DNA from: Macrostomum lignano | Taxonomy: Eukaryota | Reading direction: 5' to 3' | DNA: 27,829 bases | Assembly (NCBI GenBank): GCA_002269645.1 | Contig: NIVC01005047.1 | Coordinates: 1 to 27,829, forward strand | Shown: piece by piece, positions 11,205 to 20,900 of the stretch | Numbering within the stretch: the stretch's first letter is position 1 | Layout: the number at the start of each line of letters is the position of its first letter | Notes under the pieces: generated by a model | Seen by the model: only the letters and a program-made list of their open reading frames with translations | The model's database searches: none | Told to the model about the DNA's origin: nothing | Program-made: the position numbers and the translations under genes

Positions 11205-11390
11205 CCTGTTACAGGGTTTCACCTGTTACAGGTTTTCACCTGTTACAGGTTTTCACCTGTTACAGGTTTTCACCTGTTACAGGTTTTCACCTGTTACAGG
11301 TTTTCACCTGTTACAGGTTTTCACCTGTTACAGGTTTTCACCTGTTACAGGTTTTCACCTGTTACAGGGTCTCACTGGTTACAGGGTTTC
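11205..11390. repeat. Minisatellite, 17-bp unit TTTTCACCTGTTACAGG, about 11 copies (degenerate copies from about 11170)
   Basis: Direct periodicity. It explains ORFs 11155..11547 and 11202..11450. Confidence 0.95.
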
Positions 11391-11904
11391 AGACGTCGAT
11401 GGATTTTACGTTTCCCACCATTATATTCGAGATCCCATTTTTATCCCTAATATTAAAGGCAAGTGCACTTTAAAATATGACAATATGGCTTCATTTATTA
11501 AAAAAACGACTGGGTCTGGCCTGCTTCAAACCTTGAAGCCAATATAGTCCAGCCCAATAATCCCTGGCAATATAGAAAAAATATTGCGACCATGCGTTAT
11601 AATGCAATAAAATTTGGGTCGCGCTGGATAGGCGGGTATCTGTCCGTATTCAGGACTGGAGAATTACTTTGAAAATGCAATTTTCTTTCTTGCTGACTAG
11701 CTGGACCCCGGCAAGGATATTTCTTTTGTGCGCGCGTTGGCTGACTAATCTAATAATGCTGCTCTGCTAGAGGGCGTCCTAACCGGCTTTATTGCTTGGG
11801 ATAGAATTGATATCTATGCTTATATAGCTTGTGCTTTCTCTGTGTATCATTTTCTATTCTCTAATTGTGTCTTGCCACAATCACACTGATTCCTAGTTAG
11901 CCAT

Positions 11905-12928
11905 GGCGCCACTTAATTCTGTTTGGCGCCACTGATATCCTGACTATTTGGCGCCAATGAAATCCTGACTATTTGGTGCCAATGAAATCCTGACTATTTG
12001 GCGCCAATGAAATCCTGACTATTTGGCGCCACTGAAATCCTGACTATTTGGCGCCACTGAAATCCTGACTATTTGGCGTCACTGAAATCCTGACTATTTG
12101 GCGCCAATGAAATCCTGACTATTTGGCGCCAATGAAATCCTGACTATTTGGCGCCAATGAAATCCTGACTATTTGGCGTCACTGAAATCCTGACTATTTG
12201 GCGCCAATGAAATCCTGACTATTTGGCGCCACTGAAATCCTGACTATTTGGCGCCAATTAAATCCTGACTATTTGGCGCCAATGAAATCCTGACTATTTG
12301 GCGCCAATGAAATCCTGACTATTTGGCGCCAATGAAATCCTGACTATTTGGCGCCACTGAAATCCTGACTATTTGGCGCCAATTAAATCCTGACTATTTG
12401 GCGCCACTGAAATCCTGACTATTTGGCGCCAATTAAATCCTGACTATTTGGCGCCAATGAAATCCTGACTATTTGGCGCCAATGAAATCCTGACTATTTG
12501 GCGCCAATGAAATCCTGACTATTTGGCGTCACTGAAATCCTGACTATTTGGCGCCAATGAAATCCTGACTATTTGGCGCCACTGAAATCCTGACTATTTG
12601 GCGCCAATGAAATCCTGACTATTTGGCGCCACTGAAATCCTGACTATTTGGCGCCACTGAAATCCTGACTATTTGGCGCCACTGAAATCCTGACTATTTG
12701 GCGTCACTGATGCCCGACTATTTGGCGCCTTTGATGTCCTGACTATTTGGCGCCTTTGATGTCCTGACTATTTAGCGCCTTTGATGTCCTGACTATTTGG
12801 CGCCTTTGATGTCCTGACTATTTGGCGCCTTTGATGTCCTGACTATTTAGCGCCTTTGATGTCCTGACTATTTGGCGCCTTTGATGTCCTGACTATTTAG
12901 CGCCTTTGATGTCCTGACTATTTGGCGA
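11905..12928. repeat. Minisatellite, 25-bp unit TGACTATTTGGCGCCA(A/C)TGAAATCC, switching to TGACTATTT(G/A)GCGCCTTTGATGTCC after about 12710; about 41 copies
   Basis: Direct 25-bp periodicity throughout both sub-blocks. Confidence 0.97.
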
Positions 12929-13042
12929 CAGCCGTTTTTTAAATGTCAGCTTGTCAGTCTCTAAACAGGCAAAACATTAATTCCTTTGATTCAGACGTGC
13001 TTGGTTAAAAGATAATCGAAAACTGACTTGTTTGGCCCGCAG

Positions 13043-13098
13043 CTGAACTCATTCGACAGCGCGGCTGGTCTGTCAGGTGCATCCCGACCTCCTATCAG
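13043..13098 (+). CDS. RPIA: RPIA coding exon 3 ((S)ELIRQRGWSVRCIPTSYQ)
   Basis: Acceptor GCCCGCAG ends at 13042, with branch-like CTGAC at 13023-13027. The 56-nt length completes the phase-1 codon from exon 2. CIPTSYQ matches the eukaryotic RpiA motif CIPTSFQ. Donor GTGAGC at 13099. The exon is too short to appear in the ORF track. Confidence 0.92.
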
Positions 13099-13110
13099 GT
13101 GAGCGGCTGG

Positions 13111-13779
13111 GGTTGGTCACTGGGTTGCTACTGAAGGACAGGAGGGTTGGTCACTGGGTTGCTACTGATGGACAGGAGGGTTGGTCACTGGGTTGCTACT
13201 GATGGACAGGAGGGTTGGTCACTGGGTTGCTACTGATGGACAGGAGGGTTGGTCACTGGGTTGCTACTGATGGACAGGAGGGTTGGTCACTGGGTTGCTA
13301 CTGATGCACAGGAGGGTTGGTCACTGGGTTGCTACTGATGGACAGGAGGGTTGGTCACTGGGTTGCTACTGATGGACAGGAGGGTTGGTCACTGGGTTGC
13401 TACTGATGGACAGGAGGGTTGGTCACTGGGTTGCTACTGATGGACAGGAGGGTTGGTCACTGGGTTGCTACTGATGCACAGGAGGGTTGGTCACTGGGTT
13501 GCTACTGATGGACAGGAGGGTTGGTCACTGGTTGCTACTGATGGACAGGAGGGTTGGTCACTGGGTTGCTACTGATGGACAGGAGGGTTGGTCACTGGGT
13601 TGCTACTGATGGACAGGAGGGTTGGTCACTGGGTTGCTACTGATGCACAGGAGGGTTGGTCACTGGGTTGCTACTGATGGACAGGAGGGTTGGTCACTGG
13701 GTTGCTACTGATGCACAGGAGGGTTGGTCACTGGGTTGCTACTGATGGACAGGAGGGTTGGTCACTGGGTTGCTACTGA
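13111..13779. repeat. Minisatellite, 34-bp unit GGAGGGTTGGTCACTGGGTTGCTACTGATGGACA, about 20 copies, in RPIA intron 3
   Basis: Direct periodicity with a recurring GCACA variant. Confidence 0.97.
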
Positions 13780-14149
13780 AATTTGAAGCTGGAAGAATCG
13801 CTAGTGAAATCTATTCCCTAATTTGCTTACTTGTTTAATAACGGCGGCAGGGTATATTTTGCATAATATTATCCCACATATCTGATTTATGCCTCAGAAA
13901 CCGGCTTACAGCAGTGTCCGGAGCTCGTACTGTATTCGGACACTTTCCTATAGTCTGGCTTGGGATTTGCTATTTATTAGCAGCGGAAGTGATTGATGCG
14001 ATGCAAAATAGGGATAAATGAGAGCGGTTTGGCCTGAAGCTAGAGCTGGTACGAGTACGCGGTGTTGTTTATTAGCTAAAAAGATGTTCGAACTGCCCTA
14101 CTAAAAGTAGTCTCTTGAATCGAAGGTGTTGTCGCGTCTTGGTCAAAGT

Positions 14150-14610
14150 TAAAGTCGAGTTATGGGATCAAAAGATCTTATCAAGACTATGGGTCAAAGG
14201 TCACGCTAAGACGATGGGTCAAGGGTCATATTAGACCATGTGTCAAAGTTCATGTTAAACAATAGTTCAAATTTTATGTTAGACAATGGATCGAGGGTTA
14301 TGTTAGACAATGGATCAAGGGTTATGTTAGACAATGGATCGAGGGTTATGTTAGACAATGGGTCAAAGGTCATGTTAGTACAATTGGTTAAGAGTTATGC
14401 TAATACAATAGGTCAAGGGTCATGTTAAACCAGTGGGTCAAGAGTCATGTTAGACAATGGGTCAACGTGTTAGACAATGAGTCAACGTGTTAGACAATGG
14501 GTCAACGTGTTAGACAATGGGTCAACGTGTTAGACAATGTGTCAAAGGTCATGTTAAGACAATAGGTCAAGGGTCATGTTGAGACAGTGGGTCAAAGGTC
14601 AAAGGTCATG
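14150..14610. repeat. Degenerate minisatellite, 20-24-bp units built on GGGTCAAAGGTCATGTTAGACAAT / TGTTAGACAATGGGTCAACG
   Basis: Recurring TGTTAGACAAT and GGTCA motifs. It explains ORF 14240..14428 (MLDNGSRV)n. Confidence 0.88.
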
Positions 14611-14647
14611 CTAATGCTAACTCATCTGTGTGTTACCCCTGCCCCAG

Positions 14648-14986
14648 GCCAAGCAGCTGATCCTGGAGCGCGGCCTTCGCCTATTCGAGCTGGAGCACTG
14701 CGACGAAGAGCTGGACTGGTCGGCTGACAGCGCCGACGAGATCGACGCCGAGCTGAACATGATCAAAGGCGGCGGCGGCTGCCTGCTGCAGGAGAAAATT
14801 GTTGACACGGCCGCCGGCACCCTGGTGATCGTGTGCGACGAGAGCAAGTACAGCAGCCAGTTCGGCCAGAAGTGGAAGGGCGGCATCCCGCTGGAGGTGG
14901 TGCCCATGGCCTGGTCGCTGGTTAAACGCCGGGTCGAGTCTCAGTTCGGCGGCAAAGCGCTGCTTAGGGAATCATTGGGCAAATTG
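14648..14986 (+). CDS. RPIA: RPIA coding exon 4 (AKQLILERG...DSADEIDAELNMIKGGGGCLLQEKIV...GIPLEVVPMAW...LRESLGKL); gene incomplete at 3' end
   Basis: Acceptor CCCCTGCCCCAG ends at 14647, with branch-like GCTAAC at 14616-14621. Contains RpiA signature motifs D-x-ADE, IKGGGGCLxQEKIV and GIPLEVVPMA. 339 nt, phase 0 at both ends. Donor GTGAGC at 14987. The expected next motif GPVVTDNGN is not in the window. Confidence 0.97.
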
Positions 14987-14995
14987 GTGAGCGAA

Positions 14996-17900
14996 TATCT
15001 CAGGTAGATAATGAGATTTGTGATCGGTATCTCAGGTAGATAATGAGATTTGTGATCGGTATCTCAGGTAGATAATGAGATTTGTGATCGGTATCTCAGG
15101 TAGATAATGAGATTTGTGATCGGTATCTCAGGTAGATAATGAGATTTGTGATCGGTATCTCAGGTAGATATGAGATTTGTGATCGGTATCTCAGGTAGAT
15201 AATGAGATTTGTGATCGGTATCTCAGGTAGATAATGAGATTTGTGATCGGTATCTCAGGTAGATATGAGATTTGTGATCGGTATCTCAGGTAGATAATGA
15301 GATTTGTGATCGGTATCTCAGGTAGATATGAGATTTGTGATCGGTATCTCAGGTAGATATGAGATTTGTGATCGGTATCTCAGGTAGATAATGAGATTTG
15401 TGATCGGTATCTCAGGTAGATATGAGATTTGTGATCGGTATCTCAGGTAGATAATGAGATTTGTGATCGGTATCTCAGGTAGATAATGAGATTTGTGATC
15501 GGTATCTCAGGTAGATAATACGATTTGTGATCGGTATCTCAGATAGATAATAAGATTTGTGATCGGTATCTCAGGTAGATAATGAGATTTGTGATCGGTA
15601 TCTCAGGTAGATAATGAGATTTGTGATCGGTATCTCAGGTAGATAATGAGATTTGTGATCGGTATCTCAGGTAGATAATACGATTTGTGATCGGTATCTC
15701 AGATAGATAATAAGATTTGTGATCGGTATCTCAGGTAGATAATGAGATTTGTGATCGGTATCTCAGGTAGATAATGAGATTTGTGATCGGTATCTCAGGT
15801 AGATAATGAGATTTGTGATCGGTATCTCAGGTAGATAATACGATTTGTATCGGTATCTCAGATAGATAATAAGATTTGTGATCGGTATCTCAGGTAGATA
15901 ATGAGATTTGTGATCGGTATCTCAGGTAGATAATACGATTTGTGATCGGTATCTCAGGTAGATAATGAGATTTGTGATCGGTATCTCAGGTAGATAATGA
16001 GATTTGTGATCGGTATCTCAGGTAGATATGAGATTTGTGATCGGTATCTCAGGTAGATAATACGATTTGTGATCGGTATCTCAGATAGATAATAAGATTT
16101 GTGATCGGTATCTAAGGTAGATAATGAGATTTGTGATCGGTATCTCAGGTAGATAATACGATTTGTGATCGGTATCTCAGATAGATAATAAGATTTGTGA
16201 TCGGTATCTCAGGTAGATATGAGATTTGTGATCGGTATCTCAGGTAGATAATGAGATTTGTGATCGGTATCTCAGGTAGATAATGAGATTTGTGATCGGT
16301 ATCTCAGGTAGATAATACGATTTGTGATCGGTATCTCAGATAGATAATAAGATTTGTGATCGGTATCTCAGGTAGATAATGAGATTTGTGATCGGTATCT
16401 CAGGTAGATAATAAGATTTGTGATCGGTATCTCAGGTAGATAATGAGATTTGTGATCGGTATCTCAGGTAGATAATGAGATTTGTGATCGGTATCTCAGG
16501 TAGATAATGAGATTTGTGATCGGTATCTCAGGTAGATAATGAGATTTGTGATCGGTATCTCAGGTAGATAATGAGATTTGTGATCGGTATCTCAGGTAGA
16601 TAATACGATTTGTATCGGTATCTCAGGTAGATATGAGATTTGTGATCGGTATCTCAGGTAGATAATGAGATTTGTGATCGGTATCTCAGGTAGATAATAC
16701 GATTTGTGATCGGTATCTCAGGTAGATAATACGATTTGTGATCGGTATCTCAGGTAGATATGAGATTTGTGATCGGTATCTCAGGTAGATAATGAAATTT
16801 GTGATCGGTATCTCAGGTAGATAATACGATTTGTAATCGGTATCTCAGGTAGATAATAAGATTTGTGATCGGTATCTCAGGTAGATAATGAGATTTGTGA
16901 TCGGTATCTCAGGTAGATAATACGATTTGTGATCGGTATCTCAGGTAGATAATGAGATTTGTGATCGGTATCTCAGGTAGATAATGAGATTTGTGATCGG
17001 TATCTCAGGTAGATAATGAGATTTGTGATCGGTATCTCAGGTAGATAATGAGATTTGTGATCGGTATCTCAGGTAGATAATGAGATTTGTGATCGGTATC
17101 TCAGGTAGATATGAGATTTGTGATCGGTATCTCAGGTAGATATGAGATTTGTGATCGGTATCTCAGGTAGATAATAAGATTTGTGATCGGTATCTCAGGT
17201 AGATAATGAGATTTGTGATCGGTATCTCAGGTAGATATGAGATTTGTGATCGGTATCTCAGGTAGATAATGAGATTTGTGATCGGTATCTCAGGTAGATA
17301 ATACGATTTGTGATCGGTATCTCAGGTAGATAATACGATTTGTGATCGGTATCTCAGGTAGATAATACGATTTGTGATCGGTATCTCAGGTAGATAATGA
17401 GATTTGTGATCGGTATCTCAGGTAGATAATACGATTTGTGATCGGTATCTCAGGTAGATAATGAGATTTGTGATCGGTATCTCAGGTAGATAATGAGATT
17501 TGTGATCGGTATCTCAGGTAGATAATAGATTTGTGATCGGTATCTCAGGTAGATAATGAGATTTGTGATCGGTATCTCAGGTAGATAATGAGATTTGTGA
17601 TCGGTATCTCAGGTAGATAATGAGATTTGTGATCGGTATCTCAGGTAGATATGAGATTTGTGATCGGTATCTCAGATAGATATGAGATTTGTGATCGGTA
17701 TCTCAGGTAGATAATGAGATTTGTGATCGGTATCTCAGGTAGATAATGAGATTTGTGATCGGTATCTCAGGTAGATAATGAGATTTGTGATCGGTATCTC
17801 AGGTAGATAATACGATTTGTGATCGGTATCTCAGATAGATAATAAGATTTGTGATCGGTATCTCAGGTAGATAATACGATTTGTGATCGGTATCTCAGGT

Positions 17901-20900
17901 AGATAATGAGATTTGTGATCGGTATCTCAGGTAGATAATAGATTTGTGATCGGTATCTCAGGTAGATAATACGATTTTGATCGGTATCTCAGGTAGATAA
18001 TAGATTTGTGATCGGTATCTCAGGTAGATAATGAGATTTGTGATCGGTATCTCAGGTAGATAATACGATTTGTGATCGGTATCTCAGGTAGATAATGAGA
18101 TTTGTGATCGGTATCTCAGGTAGATAATGAGATTTGTGATCGGTATCTCAGGTAGATAAAGATTTGTGATCGGTATCTCAGGTAGATAATGAGATTTGTG
18201 ATCGGTATCTCAGGTAGATAATGAGATTTGTGATCGGTATCTCAGGTAGATAATGAGATTTGTGATCGGTATCTCAGGTAGATAATACGATTTGTGATCG
18301 GTATCTCAGGTAGATAATAAGATTTGTGATCGGTATCTCAGGTAGATAATGAGATTTGTGATCGGTATCTCAGGTAGATAATACGATTTGTGATCGGTAT
18401 CTCAGGTAGATAATGAGATTTGTGATCGGTATCTCAGGTAGATAATACGATTTGTGATCGGTATCTCAGGTAGATAATACGATTTGTGATCGGTATCTCA
18501 GGTAGATAATGAGATTTGTGATCGGTATCTCAGGTAGATAATGAGATTTGTGATCGGTATCTCAGATAGATAATAAGATTTGTGATCGGTATCTCAGGTA
18601 GATAATGAGATTTGTGATCGGTATCTCAGGTAGATAATGAGATTTGTGATCGGTATCTCAGGTAGATAATGAGATTTGTGATCGGTATCTCAGGTAGATA
18701 ATGAGATTTGTGATCGGTATCTCAGGTAGATAATACGATTTGTGATCGGTATCTCAGGTAGATAATAAGATTTGTGATCGGTATCTCAGGTAGATAATGA
18801 GATTTGTGATCGGTATCTCAGGTAGATAATGAGATTTGTGATCGGTATCTCAGGTAGATAATAAGATTTGTGATCGGTATCTCAGGTAGATAATGAGATT
18901 TGTGATCGGTATCTCAGGTAGATAATACGATTTTGATCGGTATCTCAGGTAGATAATGAGATTTGTGATCGGTATCTCAGGTAGATAATGAGATTTGTGA
19001 TCGGTATCTCAGGTAGATAATACGATTTGTGATCGGTATCTCAGGTAGATAATGAGATTTGTGATCGGTATCTCAGGTAGATAATAGATTTGTGATCGGT
19101 ATCTCAGGTAGATAATGAGATTTGTGATCGGTATCTCAGGTAGATAATGAGATTTGTGATCGGTATCTCAGGTAGATAATGAGATTTGTGATCGGTATCT
19201 CAGGTAGATAATGAGATTTGTGATCGGTATCTCAGGTAGATAATGAGATTTGTGATCGGTATCTCAGGTAGATAATACGATTTGTATCGGTATCTCAGGT
19301 AGATATGAGATTTGTGATCGGTATCTCAGGTAGATAATGAGATTTGTGATCGGTATCTCAGGTAGATAATACGATTTGTGATCGGTATCTCAGGTAGATA
19401 ATACGATTTGTGATCGGTATCTCAGGTAGATATGAGATTTGTGATCGGTATCTCAGGTAGATAATGAATTTGTGATCGGTATCTCAGGTAGATAATACGA
19501 TTTGTGATCGGTATCTCAGGTAGATAATAAGATTTGTGATCGGTATCTCAGGTAGATAATGAGATTTGTGATCGGTATCTCAGGTAGATAATACGATTTG
19601 TGATCGGTATCTCAGGTAGATAATGAGATTTGTGATCGGTATCTCAGGTAGATAATGAGATTTGTGATCGGTATCTCAGGTAGATAATGAGATTTGTGAT
19701 CGGTATCTCAGGTAGATAATGAGATTTGTGATCGGTATCTCAGGTAGATAATGAGATTTGTGATCGGTATCTCAGGTAGATATGAGATTTGTGATCGGTA
19801 TCTCAGGTAGATAATGAGATTTGTGATCGGTATCTCAGGTAGATAATGAGATTTGTGATCGGTATCTCAGGTAGATAATGAGATTTGTGATCGGTATCTC
19901 AGGTAGATAATGAGATTTGTGATCGGTATCTCAGGTAGATAATGAGATTTGTGATCGGTATCTCAGGTAGATAATGAGATTTGTGATCGTATCTCAGGTA
20001 GATAATACGATTTGTGATCGGTATCTCAGGTAGATAATGAGATTTGTGATCGGTATCTCAGGTAGATAATGAGATTTGTGATCGGTATCTCAGGTAGATA
20101 ATAGATTTGTGATCGGTATCTCAGGTAGATAATGAGATTTGTGATCGGTATCTCAGGTAGATAATGAGATTTGTGATCGGTATCTCAGGTAGATAATGAG
20201 ATTTGTGATCGGTATCTCAGGTAGATAATGAGATTTGTGATCGGTATCTCAGGTAGATAATGAGATTTGTGATCGGTATCTCAGGTAGATAATGAGATTT
20301 GTGATCGGTATCTCAGGTAGATATGAGATTTGTGATCGGTATCTCAGGTAGATAATGAGATTTGTGATCGGTATCTCAGGTAGATAATGAGATTTGTGAT
20401 CGGTATCTCAGGTAGATAATACGATTTGTGATCGGTATCTCAGATAGATAATAGATTTGTGATCGGTATCTCAGGTAGATAATGAGTTTGTGATCGGTAT
20501 CTCAGGTAGATAATGAGATTTGTGATCGGTATCTCAGGTAGATAATACGATTTGTGATCGGTATCTCAGGTAGATAATACGATTTTGATCGGTATCTCAG
20601 GTAGATAATACGATTTGTGATCGGTATCTCAGGTAGATAATGAGATTTGTGATCGGTATCTCAGGTAGATAATAGATTTGTGATCGGTATCTCAGGTAGA
20701 TAATGAGATTTGTGATCGGTATCTCAGGTAGATAATGAGATTTGTGATCGGTATCTCAGGTAGATAATAAGATTTGTGATCGGTATCTCAGGTAGATAAT
20801 AGATTTGTGATCGGTATCTCAGGTAGATAATGAGATTTGTGATCGGTATCTCAGGTAGATAATGAGATTTGTGATCGGTATCTCAGGTAGATAATGAGAT

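Noticed and set aside
14630-15007. 125-aa ORF as a complete or truncated standalone RpiA gene
   Set aside because: It lacks the N-terminal motifs, which are found as three upstream exons. Its ends are intronic read-through past clear acceptor (14647) and donor (14987) sites.
15004-15040. Repeat-encoded peptide VDNEICD resembling the missing RpiA motif VTDNGNFILD
   Set aside because: Only a few residues match and gaps are needed, a stop follows after 11 codons, and chance similarity is likely.
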